Assembly: GCA_963667725.2 (NCBI GenBank)
Contig: CAXXHO010000003.1
Location: 1,600,001 to 1,664,000, forward strand
Length of the DNA stretch: 64,000 bases
Direction of reading: 5' to 3'
From: Treponemataceae bacterium
GTDB taxonomy: Bacteria > Spirochaetota > Spirochaetia > Treponematales > Rectinemataceae
The position numbers and the translations under genes were made by a program. The notes beneath the pieces are model-generated. The model was not told the DNA's origin, did not search any database, and saw only the letters and a list, made by a program, of their open reading frames with translations. Positions 21,633-31,388 of the stretch are shown one piece after another (within the stretch, counting starts at the first letter, position 1; the number at the start of each line of letters is the position of its first letter).

Positions 21633-23028
21633 GAGCTCCTCCTTAAAAAATACCAAATTCGACTATAAATCTGAAAATGTTACCTGTCAATTAAAATAGT
21701 ATAAAATCGTATAACAGTGCCCTGGTACAAAGAAGAAAAATGTTTATTGATGATGAAAATATGGCAATGTATAATAAAGATGCATTACAGAATTTTAAGG
21801 TACTTTATTACTATAGTTACCTATTTTCATGAAGGATTCTTTTACAAGTACAATTGCTTATAGAGTTCGTTCACCTTCTTCTACAATTCGAGCGATTTCT
21901 TGTAGAATTCGGGCAAGCTTACCGACAATACTTCCACTGAATAACTTTATGCTATTGAGCTCACTTCGACATTCGTTGACTAACTTCTAAATCTCTGATT
22001 ACTTCCTTGTTAGCAGCTAGTTGCTTCCCGAGGGCTGGTTTTAAAATCCAAAGGCTGCGCCCCCCCGACACGGCACCAAGAATGAAAGCAAGAGAGTACG
22101 TTCCAAAAAAAATACCAGCAACGAACTAATAAGTAGAGGTAATAAACCAAAGAAGATGAGCATATTAGTTAATAAAGCTAATAACCTCTCTTCTATTTCA
22201 CTTCAAATCGCCCTGCCCTAAACCGGAGGTCTTCAGCACTCTTTTTCGCGAACTCCTCGATGTGATCCTCGAACTTGACCAAGAAAGATCCCATCTCGTC
22301 ATATTCGAAAGCTTCATCTGCAACGAAAACGAGACGAATTTTCTGGTTTGATGCTGCATTCTTCAGTGTGAATTTTTGCCACCCTTGGCCAGTATTCCTA
22401 TTTGGCTCGTCCCAGATCAAGAGCAAGCCAGGGAACCTTCTGTTAAAACGTTCCTGGAGATCCTTACAAGCAAGATCTCTATTTTGATCACCACTCTTGA
22501 AAAACGTACCTGCCTCCCTCTATCAGAACCAAAATTGAAAGAAAGAACATACTAGGCAACACGGATAGTCTCAAGGAGCTTTCAAGATGTTAGTTTTTCG
22601 ACTGCCGATCAATTCCCAAGATTAGTACTCACAATCGAAATTATTCCAACGACATCAAGCAAGAAGCGCCTTTTCTAAAGGAGAGTTATGGCTTAAAACA
22701 TAACGCTCTCTCTTGCCACGACTACTACTCCTCAAGAAATTATGGATCACTTTATCTAGTTTTTGAAGTCGTCCTTAGCTTTGGGCCTAGCCTATGTAGG
22801 TTTTTCCAATAGAGTTCACAAAATTCTTTCATATTAAGTAAGACGAAAGTCGTGAATTCATCAATTTTCTTATCTTCATCTTTCTTTTTTAGTCTCGCTA
22901 TAGTTGTCCCCAATACTGTCAGAAAAGAATAAACCGTCTGATGTTTTATGCCCGATGTTACTGCGACGGCAGTTTATATAGTTTTCTTAGTTAAGCATGG
23001 AATAGGATAATATTTTTGCAGCCCGGGC

Positions 23029-23403
23029 TTAGGCTTCCGACCCGTTTTTCACAAGTTCTGTATCTTCAATCGCTAGTGCATGAATCGTATCGCAGAAATA
23101 TCTAGACATATTTGGTGAAATAACGTCAAGATCATTAACCGCTTGACGCCACCGTCGAGCTTTTGCATAAAACTCCGCTTCGGATGCGGATAAGATGATT
23201 GGCTCCACTCCAGTTACAAAGTACTCAACAGTTGTATTCAAGGCTGTCGCAATACCTACTGCTGCATCAGCGGGTGGTATTGTTTTTCTTGATGACCATC
23301 TTCTAAAAGAATCTGATCGTACTCCTATCTTTTGTGATACCCAGTCCATAGTAGTATTTTCAGACTCGATCTTCTGCCTAATACGGGACCAAAAGTTTTC
23401 CAT
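23029..23403 (-). CDS. XRE-family HTH repressor (CI-like)
   Basis: HTH ...VSQKIGV...RRW...PPADAAVGIATALNTTVEYFVTG; divergent from the early operon. Confidence 0.85.
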   Translation of the reverse strand: MENFWSRIRQKIESENTTMDWVSQKIGVRSDSFRRWSSRKTIPPADAAVGIATALNTTVEYFVTGVEPIILSASEAEFYAKARRWRQAVNDLDVISPNMSRYFCDTIHALAIEDTELVKNGSEA

Positions 23404-23423
23404 ACCTAAATTATCGTCAAAAA

Positions 23424-23505
23424 GTGGCAATATTGCCTCTTTTTTCTATTGACATTATGGCAGTTTAGCCACATTAATATATTATGAGTGTGGCAAAAAT
23501 GCAAC
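23424..23505. promoter_or_regulatory. Three operator-like 16-bp palindromes plus a TTGACA -35 box
   Basis: GTGGCAATATTGCCTC (23424), ATGGCAGTTTAGCCAC (23457), GTGGCAAAAATGCAAC (23490); TTGACA at 23449. Confidence 0.7.
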
Positions 23506-23705
23506 GAAGACGAGATATCAACGATCTGTCAGTAAAAATTCCTTTTGAAGGGAACGAAAGAAGCCGGTTCATATGTTTTGCCAAGGCTAGAACATTAGTG
23601 CAAGGCCAATGGATTAGAAAGCTAATACTAGAAGAAATGTCAGCCCTCGAAGCCAAAGAAACCCATATAGAAAAAGAAGAAACCTTACTCCGGAGCCAAT
23701 CATGA
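23484..23705 (+). CDS. Small Cro-position regulator (hypothetical)
   Basis: First ORF divergent from the repressor. Confidence 0.5.
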   Translation: MSVAKMQRRRDINDLSVKIPFEGNERSRFICFAKARTLVQGQWIRKLILEEMSALEAKETHIEKEETLLRSQS

Positions 23706-24142
23706 AAAGCCAACCTGATGAATTTGCTTCTCCTGGTACCGAGCCACCAGTCAGTATCCCAATTTATCTCCCGCAGCTTGCAAGCATGAATAACAAGCTT
23801 GATGCCGTGCTCGATGGTACTGGTCAACGCCTTTATACCCTTGAACAAGCTCATGGCAGGAAATATGGCAAAACCAAGGGCGGAATCTCCTACTCAACTA
23901 TAAAAAATTGCCCTGCAATGCAACCCCGCGGGGGAAAGCCTGATGGCTGGTGCTCAGGGAAAAAGGTCTGGTCCGTGCCCACTGTCGAAGAGTGGTGCTT
24001 GGTTGATGACCTCCATCTCGGTGAATACCTAGCGAAGTACAACCCCAATATCAAGGTTCCCGCGCGAATCATAGAAGCGAATAAGCGGCACTCCTCTGAA
24101 CAGGTGAAATACTCGGAGGCATTCGATGAAAAAGAATATTAA
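23702..24142 (+). CDS. Hypothetical phage protein
   Basis: Coupled ORF in the early operon. Confidence 0.6.
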   Translation: MKSQPDEFASPGTEPPVSIPIYLPQLASMNNKLDAVLDGTGQRLYTLEQAHGRKYGKTKGGISYSTIKNCPAMQPRGGKPDGWCSGKKVWSVPTVEEWCLVDDLHLGEYLAKYNPNIKVPARIIEANKRHSSEQVKYSEAFDEKEY

Positions 24143-24374
24143 CTGCGATTCGATCTGTAGGTCATTAGAGCTTTATAAAAAGGCTTCTGCTGACTCGAAA
24201 GAAGCTGCCCGAGCCCTCTACTCGGCGATCGCAACCATCCTTTCTGAAAGTGGCCTCGAAGCTGTAGTGATCACTACCCCCCACCCCGACGAATTACTCT
24301 CCCGCCAGATAGACATAAAGATTTCAGAAAGCATTTCACTGCGCCTGAGTGGTTATATCAGGCATTCATCATAA
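24126..24374 (+). CDS. Hypothetical phage protein
   Basis: ORF with GGAGG upstream. Confidence 0.5.
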   Translation: MKKNINCDSICRSLELYKKASADSKEAARALYSAIATILSESGLEAVVITTPHPDELLSRQIDIKISESISLRLSGYIRHSS

Positions 24375-24480
24375 AAGGAGGATGCATTGAGATAAACGAG
24401 GAAGGGGCTGCAGGACAACCATAACGCAATTTGGATGCAGCCCCGGCACTCAATCTCAAGGCATTTCAAGGAGGTTTCTG

Positions 24481-24642
24481 ATGGAAAACGAAGAGATCGT
24501 CAAGCTTGTCACGATGATTTCAACCCTCGGCCATCACGTCGTGGGTATCACCGAAGAAACCTACATTGAGGCGCCCCGCAACAAGCCAGAGCCCACCGGA
24601 AGATACCTTCTCATCATTCGCCCTGCTCAGGAAAAGAACTGA
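24481..24642 (+). CDS. Small hypothetical protein (53 aa)
   Basis: AAGGAGG RBS followed by MENEEIVKLV... Confidence 0.55.
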   Translation: MENEEIVKLVTMISTLGHHVVGITEETYIEAPRNKPEPTGRYLLIIRPAQEKN

Positions 24643-24708
24643 TGTCCCGCTCCACATCGAATAAAGCGCCGTTGGCGCTGAACATATCCCCTTTTGGAGG
24701 TATCGGAA

Positions 24709-25032
24709 GTGAAGAAGCTTCTCGCCTTCTGTCTGATGGCGACCGCACTGTTGTTCATGCTTGCCGCCATGCCATCAACGGCTGGCCCTGGCATGGCGCC
24801 GCTTGCCTTGATCGAAAGCGCCCTGCCCGCTGTCCTCGTATCGCCGGCAGAGGCACTCTCCGTCCCGGCACCAGCGCGTCCGCTCGCTATTTCGAGCAGC
24901 TCCGTTCCTATGCTCACGTTGGCGCCATCAGCCCCTTTGCTCGCTCTATTTTCGACCAAAGCGGACCTTCCCCTTCACGCTACGATAGCCACGCTGGCAG
25001 CCCTTATGGGGGTAGGGCTCACCGGCGCATAG
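24709..25032 (+). CDS. Hydrophobic hypothetical protein
   Basis: GGAGG RBS, GTG start, signal-peptide-like N-terminus. Confidence 0.45.
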   Translation: MKKLLAFCLMATALLFMLAAMPSTAGPGMAPLALIESALPAVLVSPAEALSVPAPARPLAISSSSVPMLTLAPSAPLLALFSTKADLPLHATIATLAALMGVGLTGA

Positions 25033-25324
25033 CCACCCGCTTGAGCTACGACATCAGAGACCGTATGCACGGCCTGCCGCGCGACCAGGACGCGCCAGCC
25101 TAACGACGGCAAGCAAACAGCAGTGCATCAGCGGCCATAGCGCGCTTCGCCCCTCTTTGCGGGGCGCGCATTTCATCTTCCCGCCTGAACGCGGGAACAG
25201 TATCGCGATCCTCTCTCAGGGAGTGATCGCCGCGGATCGGGCTGCCACGTGCAGTACCGTCCGGCCAAGCGGGGATTCCCCGCAAGGTTCTTTCAAGTGA
25301 TCCGGACCGCCTAAGTCTGGAGGG

Positions 25325-25387
25325 AGGAGCGTAGCTCAGATGGGAGAGCTTCGGTGTTTCGCGAGGGTTCGAACCCCTCCGCTCCTG
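25325..25387 (+). ncRNA. tRNA-like element lacking an anticodon arm
   Basis: AGGAGCG/CGCTCCT acceptor, TA-GCTC..GAGC D arm, GAGGG-TTCGAAC-CCCTC T arm, 13-nt linker in place of the anticodon arm. Confidence 0.6.
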
Positions 25388-25468
25388 TTCCGGCCTGTAT
25401 GAGGCCGGGGTAGACACGTTTGTTGAGGCTGAACATGCCGCCGGGCCCTATCCCCCCGGCGGTTCCTA

Positions 25469-25554
25469 GGGAGCGTAGAGACCGGGGAGCACGTCCATGG
25501 CGCGTGTGGATCCGGCCTTGACCGGTGAAGAGGGTTCAACTCCCTTCGCTCCGA
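25469..25554 (+). ncRNA. Second degenerate tRNA-like element
   Basis: GGAGCG/CGCTCC acceptor, GAGGG-TTCAACT-CCCTT T arm, non-canonical D and anticodon arms. Confidence 0.45.
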
Positions 25555-25571
25555 TACGCTGGAGGTAATCG

Positions 25572-26045
25572 ATGCTGAACGGGTTGTCACAAGAGCAAGC
25601 GTATCGAAACAGGATTTCTTTCTCCGTCGAGGAAGCCGCCAAGATTTGGGGCTATAACCCCAGGACGGTTTGGAAGAGAATCCGTTCAGGCCAGCTCGCG
25701 GCCGCAAGGATCGGTACCAGGATCCTCCTTCCCCGGATTGAACTTGAGAAGCTCACCGGCCCCCTCTCTCCCCTCCCCGTGGACCAAGGCCCTGCACTCC
25801 TCTCCGTACTAAGCAAGGACTGCGGTATCAGCGATCGCTTCTTAAGGGAACTAATCTCTACAGGCGCTCTCAGCATCGAAAGCAGGGTCCGTCCGATCAA
25901 AATAGACCGCCAGCACATCGTCGATTGGCTCTCCTCCCATACCGACACTTCTGGCGCCCGGGTCCGTCCCGATCTCGCCATGGGCGTCAAACAGAGAAAC
26001 CGGCAGCGGCGAAAGGCAGCCACAACAGAACGGAGCGCCCCATGA
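25572..26045 (+). CDS. Excisionase-like HTH DNA-binding protein
   Basis: SVEEAAKIWG...TVWKRIRSGQLAAARIG..ILLPR motif. Confidence 0.8.
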   Translation: MLNGLSQEQAYRNRISFSVEEAAKIWGYNPRTVWKRIRSGQLAAARIGTRILLPRIELEKLTGPLSPLPVDQGPALLSVLSKDCGISDRFLRELISTGALSIESRVRPIKIDRQHIVDWLSSHTDTSGARVRPDLAMGVKQRNRQRRKAATTERSAP

Positions 26046-26332
26046 CAAGGACGCAGTGGCGGCTACGGGACCTTAGCCTCTGGCTCAGGAAGAATCGCGA
26101 GTTCATCGCCGATCTCATGTTCGCCCTTCTTCTGTCGCTCGCCCTCACCTCCCTTGGGAAATGCTCCCTTAAGCGCCAGGAAGCCAGCTTTGAAGCTATC
26201 ACCCTGCAGGCAGTCCATATGCCCTGCCCCGATGGTTCCACCCTCGTCACCTTCATGCAAGGCGGGGCAATCCAGGGGCAGACCTTCGCCGACCGGGCCT
26301 CCGCCCTCGCCTTCGCGGAGGCGCTCCGGTGA
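26042..26332 (+). CDS. Hypothetical membrane protein
   Basis: Coupled ORF with one TM segment. Confidence 0.5.
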   Translation: MTRTQWRLRDLSLWLRKNREFIADLMFALLLSLALTSLGKCSLKRQEASFEAITLQAVHMPCPDGSTLVTFMQGGAIQGQTFADRASALAFAEALR

Positions 26333-26667
26333 CGAAGGAAAAGAAAGCAGCGCTTAGGGCGTCCCTCTTCGTGGAGGTGTCAAAAGAGGCGGAGCTCCTA
26401 GAGAAGAACGTGGGGCTTCAGCAGTTCCGCATGCGGCCAAAGGACTTGAGCCGGAGCGAGGCGATCGTTGAGGCGATGATCGCCCGAACCCAATGCACTG
26501 ACCGAATGCACGAGGGATCCATGACATGGTTCCACCTGCTCAAGGCTGCCTTTACCGAAGTCTTCGCCGAGGAAGAAAGGGATCTCACCGCGGAGCAGCT
26601 CGTGAAGCTCTGCGCCACAGCGCTTTTCATGCTCGAATCGATCGAAAAGAGGAGGAAGCACCCATGA
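26329..26667 (+). CDS. Hypothetical phage protein (MazG-like helical pattern)
   Basis: TWFHLL...EVFAE...QLVKLCATA pattern; coupled ORF. Confidence 0.5.
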   Translation: MTKEKKAALRASLFVEVSKEAELLEKNVGLQQFRMRPKDLSRSEAIVEAMIARTQCTDRMHEGSMTWFHLLKAAFTEVFAEEERDLTAEQLVKLCATALFMLESIEKRRKHP

Positions 26668-27179
26668 AGCCAACAACGGGAGTACTCGCGATTACCGCCG
26701 AGCGGATCCGTCAGATCCAGGACGAAGGATTCCTGCCCGACCATGATGATGCACACCGGAACGGGGAGCTTACCCAAGCTGCCGCGGCCTATGCGTACCC
26801 GGAGCAAGAGGGCGTGACCATGCTCTTCCAGGACTTCCGTGGCGGAGTACTCTTCCCCGCGTCCTGGGACTCATCATGGTGGAAGCCGGGGACGGGAGCT
26901 TTCCTTGCGGGACGGAAGCGCGAGCTTGAGAAGGCTGGCGCACTCATCGCCGCCGAATGGGACCGGCTCGAACGCCTCGAAGAAAAGCTTCAAAGCTTCG
27001 ATGGTAAGAACAATGATTCCTTATCCTGGATCGACTGGTACGAGCTGCTGCAGGAGTACTCCTTCGTCCTTGGCCATGGAAGAGAGCTTATCACCGGATG
27101 CGGCGATGAATGCTGGAAGAGTCTCTATAACGAAGGCTTCGACATTCCGGAAGCATTCCGGGCAGGATTCGAGGAATGA
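26664..27179 (+). CDS. Conserved hypothetical phage protein
   Basis: AER.RQ..EG..HDD.H..GEL..AA..YA...WWKP...KAGALI.AE..RL pattern, recalled from phage proteins. Confidence 0.65.
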   Translation: MKPTTGVLAITAERIRQIQDEGFLPDHDDAHRNGELTQAAAAYAYPEQEGVTMLFQDFRGGVLFPASWDSSWWKPGTGAFLAGRKRELEKAGALIAAEWDRLERLEEKLQSFDGKNNDSLSWIDWYELLQEYSFVLGHGRELITGCGDECWKSLYNEGFDIPEAFRAGFEE

Positions 27180-27658
27180 GCGTCTCCCCGGCCGAAGCGG
27201 GCTTCTTCACCCTGAAGGACGGCATCTACGCCGCCCCGCTCGCTTCTCCAGGAGGGGCGAGCGCGATGTCCTTCTTCGTCCAGGGGGATCCCCTTTCAGC
27301 ATCCTATGGGAGCCGAATCGTTTCTGCCGTCTCGCGCATGAAACGTACCCCATTTGCCGGTGCCCTCGAATTGAACCTGCAGTTCCTGTTCAACCGTCCG
27401 AAGAAGGACTCAGTCAGGTTCATACGCGAGCATGCCTCTTTCATCGCTTCCCTCGAGGAGACAACCAGCCGGACGCTCTCCCGGGCAAGTACCTGGCTCG
27501 ATGAGACGCAGGTGATACGCACCCAGTCAGTAAAGCGCTATGCCCTCCCGGAAGAAACGCCGGGGGTGCATATAGAAATCGTCACCTTGCCTCAAACCCT
27601 GGAGCGGGGGTTCTCAAAAACCTCCTTACCCCGTGCCAGGGCACGAGGCTCTTTTTAG
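27176..27658 (+). CDS. RusA-like resolvase fold protein (possibly degenerate)
   Basis: FFVQGDP, L.L.F.F.RPK and QV....KRY...GV.IEI patterns; catalytic Asp motif not evident. Confidence 0.45.
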   Translation: MSVSPAEAGFFTLKDGIYAAPLASPGGASAMSFFVQGDPLSASYGSRIVSAVSRMKRTPFAGALELNLQFLFNRPKKDSVRFIREHASFIASLEETTSRTLSRASTWLDETQVIRTQSVKRYALPEETPGVHIEIVTLPQTLERGFSKTSLPRARARGSF

Positions 27659-27669
27659 GACCATTTGAA

Positions 27670-27870
27670 ATGACCGTAGTGATTGATGGGAGAAAGATCA
27701 CGGGGCTCACCCGGATCTACAACGAACTGGGCGCGAGTACGCCTGAAGCGATGCAGGAAGCACGATCCTGCCTCGATACGGGGCGCCCCTACAAGGGCCA
27801 CACCATCGCGCACGAGGTGCCGGAAACGCGTCCTTCCGAACCCGGCGCCCGTCCCGCAGGATGGTGGTGA
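27670..27870 (+). CDS. Hypothetical protein
   Basis: Short ORF in the operon. Confidence 0.45.
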   Translation: MTVVIDGRKITGLTRIYNELGASTPEAMQEARSCLDTGRPYKGHTIAHEVPETRPSEPGARPAGWW

Positions 27871-27872
27871 GC

Positions 27873-28376
27873 ATGCGTATTCCCCTTTTGGAACGAATAA
27901 AGACCTTCTTCAAGGCACAGACGGGTCATGTCCGGGTGGGAAGAACCTGGATCTCTACGAGCGAGTTCCTGGCCAGTGAAGAAGAAAAACGGCAGGCAAG
28001 GATTCCTCCTATGAACGATATCTCGGGGGAGGCAGTCCTTGAGGTGCTCTTCGAGCCTGAGCGGCAGCTTGAGCTCTTCGAAGGCGTTCCCACCTGCGGG
28101 GCGACGATCAATGCGCGGTTCGCCGAGTTCCATAAGAAGAATCCTCATGTCTATAGGATCCTTGTACGCCTCGCCCTCGATGACGCTGCTTCAGGAGGCA
28201 GGCGAGGCATAGCCGCCCTCTTTGAGGATCTCCGCGATAGCGAGATCCCCACGGACCATGGCCAGGAGGTGTTCAAACTGAACAACAGCTACGCCTCACG
28301 GTACGTCCGCCTGATGATGAAAAACGAGCCCCGTCTTGTGGGGCACTTCGAGACTAGGGAGTTGAAAGCGCTATGA
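27873..28376 (+). CDS. Hypothetical phage protein
   Basis: F..FH..NP.VY...FKLNN.Y...Y.RL.M...P.L.G.F..R pattern, recalled from phage proteins. Confidence 0.6.
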   Translation: MRIPLLERIKTFFKAQTGHVRVGRTWISTSEFLASEEEKRQARIPPMNDISGEAVLEVLFEPERQLELFEGVPTCGATINARFAEFHKKNPHVYRILVRLALDDAASGGRRGIAALFEDLRDSEIPTDHGQEVFKLNNSYASRYVRLMMKNEPRLVGHFETRELKAL

Positions 28377-29947
28377 ATAGAGAAGCACCGGCTACCTCGA
28401 TGAATGAAAAGATCCAGCATATCCCGCTCGAGAAGATCGTTCCCTCCCCGAAGAACCGAAACGTCGGCGGGTTCGACAAGGAGAAGCTCGAGCAGCTCGC
28501 CGACAGCATCCGCTCGATCGGCGTCCAGCAGCCGGCGATTGTCCGCCCCGCAGGCGATCACTTCGAACTGGTTGCAGGCGAGCGCCGGTGGCGAGCGTCT
28601 TCCCTCGCAGGAGTGCCCACGCTCCCCTGCATAGTCCGGGACCTCGATAACGCGGCCGCACTCCATATCCAGCTCATCGAGAATCTGCAGCGGGAAGACA
28701 TCCATCCGCTCGATGAGGCCGAAGGCTTCCATAGGCTCATCGAAGAAGGACATTACGAGATCGAATTCATCGCGAAAGAAACAGGCCGGTCCGCCGTGTA
28801 TGTCTATCAACGGCTCAAGCTTCGAAAGCTCATTCCTGCAGCCCGTTCCCTGCTTGCCGGCGGGAAGATTTCCGCAGGGCATGCGAATCTCATCGCGCGG
28901 CTGCCTCCTAAGCAGCAGCATGAGGCGCTCAAGATTCTGGACCGTCCATGGCTGGTGTCGATCAAGGACTTTGACGAACAGATCAGGCACGAGATCCTCA
29001 TGGAACTTTCCCGAGCAGCCTGGAAGCTTCATGATGCCGACCTTCTTCCTGCCGCGGGGCCATGTTCTTCCTGCTCGAAACGGACCGGCGCCGAACCACA
29101 GCTCTTCGCGGAACTTGGCAAGAAGGACTGCTGTGCGGACAAGACCTGCTTCGAGGCAAAAGAGAACGCCTTCATCGCGAAGAAGCAGGCAGCCCTTGAG
29201 GGGATCGAGCACCTCGAAGTCCTCGATGGGTATTCCGAAGAACGCGAGGCCATCGCGCTCGCCCCGCACGAATGGACCGAATGCAAGAAGAGCGACGAAG
29301 GAGCGGTCCGCGTCCTCGTGGTCGGCGGGAACAAGCCTGGGAGGCTCACCTGGGGGAAGAAACGGGCGTATGTAAAGACGCAGGCACAGAAGAAGGAAGA
29401 GCGTACTAAGGAGAAGCAGATCGAGAAGGCCCGGAACGAGTATGCCCTCTCCCTCTATGAAGGGATCCTCGAGCGGTTCAATGACGTCGAGGGGCTCTCC
29501 CTTCCCCTGCTTCGATCCTCGCTCCTGCAGGTCTGGAAGAATCTCGGCTTCGAGGGGATGAAACGGATCGCGAAGCTCGAAGGGTGGGCAGATCCGGACT
29601 ATAACAACACCTTCCTAAAAAACCACCTGGAGACGCTCAACCGCGGGAGCCTTGAGCGGCTTCTTCTCGTTTTCGCCTTCGGTATCCACAGCAAGGTGAA
29701 TCAGTACAACAGGGGGATCGACAGGGCGCTCATCGAAGGCGCGACAGCCGCAGGCATTGATGCCGCCCCGCTCCTCGAGAAGATCGCCGGAGCCTACGGC
29801 CTGACCGCAGATGATATCGACCCGCGGGGCGCCCCCGGCGAGAAAGATGATGCCAACGATGACGCCACTGAAGATGAGGCGACTGAAGACGAGAATCCTG
29901 ACGATGAAAGTGCCCGCGATACGACGCCTGCGGAGGCAACCGTATGA
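28373..29947 (+). CDS. ParB/RepB/Spo0J family protein
   Basis: LADSIRSIGVQQP, LVAGERRWRA and ENLQRED motifs; CxxC. Confidence 0.9.
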   Translation: MNREAPATSMNEKIQHIPLEKIVPSPKNRNVGGFDKEKLEQLADSIRSIGVQQPAIVRPAGDHFELVAGERRWRASSLAGVPTLPCIVRDLDNAAALHIQLIENLQREDIHPLDEAEGFHRLIEEGHYEIEFIAKETGRSAVYVYQRLKLRKLIPAARSLLAGGKISAGHANLIARLPPKQQHEALKILDRPWLVSIKDFDEQIRHEILMELSRAAWKLHDADLLPAAGPCSSCSKRTGAEPQLFAELGKKDCCADKTCFEAKENAFIAKKQAALEGIEHLEVLDGYSEEREAIALAPHEWTECKKSDEGAVRVLVVGGNKPGRLTWGKKRAYVKTQAQKKEERTKEKQIEKARNEYALSLYEGILERFNDVEGLSLPLLRSSLLQVWKNLGFEGMKRIAKLEGWADPDYNNTFLKNHLETLNRGSLERLLLVFAFGIHSKVNQYNRGIDRALIEGATAAGIDAAPLLEKIAGAYGLTADDIDPRGAPGEKDDANDDATEDEATEDENPDDESARDTTPAEATV

Positions 29948-30795
29948 ACCAGGATCAGGTGAAGGAGAAGCTCCTTTCTTTGAAGGTTCCCTGCCCGGAC
30001 TTCACCCTCGTGTTTTCAGGCAAAGCCTCCTGCCGAGTGAACGGCCTCTACAAGCCCGCCCTCGCCTCGATCGTCCTTCACAACAAAAATTTCACGAACG
30101 ACAACGCTCTCATGTATACCGCCCTCCACGAGTTCACCCATCACCTTGCACATACGCGAAACCTCGTCTCAGGAAGGAATGCACACTCGATCGCCTTCTG
30201 GGCGCTTTTCCACTCCCTTCTGAAGCTCGCGATCGAGGAAGGCGTCTATGTGGATCCCTACCTCGAGGACGAAGCCTTGAAGGCGAAACGTGAAGAGATC
30301 CTCGAACTCCAAAGGCAGCAGAACGAACTCAATAGAAAGCTAGGGCAAGCAATCGCCGAGATGGAGACCCTCTCCCAGGAGAAGGGCGCCCGCTTGGAGG
30401 ACTTCCTCGATCGTCATGCACGGATCCCAAGGAACCATGCCCAGAATCTCGTCAAAGCGCAGCACAACGTCGCGTTGAGCAATGTCGAGGCCGCAGGCTC
30501 GCCTTCCCTCGTGGAAGCGATCGTGAACCAGGGCGAGGACATGAGCCATGCGGCCGCTATGGCGAACCAGGGATGCTCGATCCAACAGATCAAGGCGGTT
30601 TGCCGACAGAAGAAAGTAATCGATCCCCGTTTCGACCCGGGAGAGGCCCAGACGGATGAGGAGAGGCTTGAGAAAGCCAAGAAAGAGCTGTCCGGGGAAT
30701 ACAAGAAGAAAGAACGAGTGGAGCGAAGGATCGACGAGCTTTCGCGCGAGATCGAGGTCCTCGAGGATCCAGGACAAGGAGAAGCCCATGGATAA
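29944..30795 (+). CDS. HExxH zincin (SprT-like) domain protein with coiled coil
   Basis: ALHEFTHH...H motif. Confidence 0.6.
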   Translation: MNQDQVKEKLLSLKVPCPDFTLVFSGKASCRVNGLYKPALASIVLHNKNFTNDNALMYTALHEFTHHLAHTRNLVSGRNAHSIAFWALFHSLLKLAIEEGVYVDPYLEDEALKAKREEILELQRQQNELNRKLGQAIAEMETLSQEKGARLEDFLDRHARIPRNHAQNLVKAQHNVALSNVEAAGSPSLVEAIVNQGEDMSHAAAMANQGCSIQQIKAVCRQKKVIDPRFDPGEAQTDEERLEKAKKELSGEYKKKERVERRIDELSREIEVLEDPGQGEAHG

Positions 30796-30912
30796 AGCAT
30801 TGTTGTTCCTGTTGATCTTGAAGCGGCTAATCCCCGCCCTGGTCAAGATTCAGGAAGACCTGGAGAAGTATTCCGCCGTCCTCACCGAAGGGCTCTCAAA
30901 GGACAAGGCGCC

Positions 30913-31272
30913 ATGAGCAAAGGGCAACTCGAGCTTGACATGACGGAGCGGATCCCCAAGGAGGCGCTCCACGCCGAGGATCCCTATGCGCTCGATTCCA
31001 GGATCCCGGTGGAGGAAGTCCCCTTCCAGTATGGAAAGGTCAAGCTTCGGAAGCTCGAGAACGGTCTCTGGATATGGGGCATGCGCTATGCCCTCCCCGT
31101 GAAAGGCTGCGGTGGTGATTTCCAGCCCTTCAGGGCACATGGACCTGCGTATGCGGCCCATTCCCGTGAGGAGGCGATCGGCAATGCGATCTCCTGGCTG
31201 AAGGAACGCTTCGACCTTAGCGCGGTGAGAATAGTTCGCGATTTCATGGATTCGAGCGTGGGCATGTCTTGA
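30913..31272 (+). CDS. Hypothetical protein
   Basis: Coupled ORF. Confidence 0.5.
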   Translation: MSKGQLELDMTERIPKEALHAEDPYALDSRIPVEEVPFQYGKVKLRKLENGLWIWGMRYALPVKGCGGDFQPFRAHGPAYAAHSREEAIGNAISWLKERFDLSAVRIVRDFMDSSVGMS

Positions 31273-31388
31273 AGGCAGCCCAGCTCGCCAAGGTGACACA
31301 GGGTGTTTTCCCTCCTCGGGGAGGAACTTGTTGGTCGTGCTTCGAGTGTACGCCTTGAGGAGGGCTTTTTAATGGAAGGAGGGAGAGC

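Noticed and set aside
21700..23020. AT-rich stretch with short ORF fragments (e.g. 22193-22426)
   Set aside because: No recognisable product; possibly decayed genes, but this cannot be supported from the sequence alone
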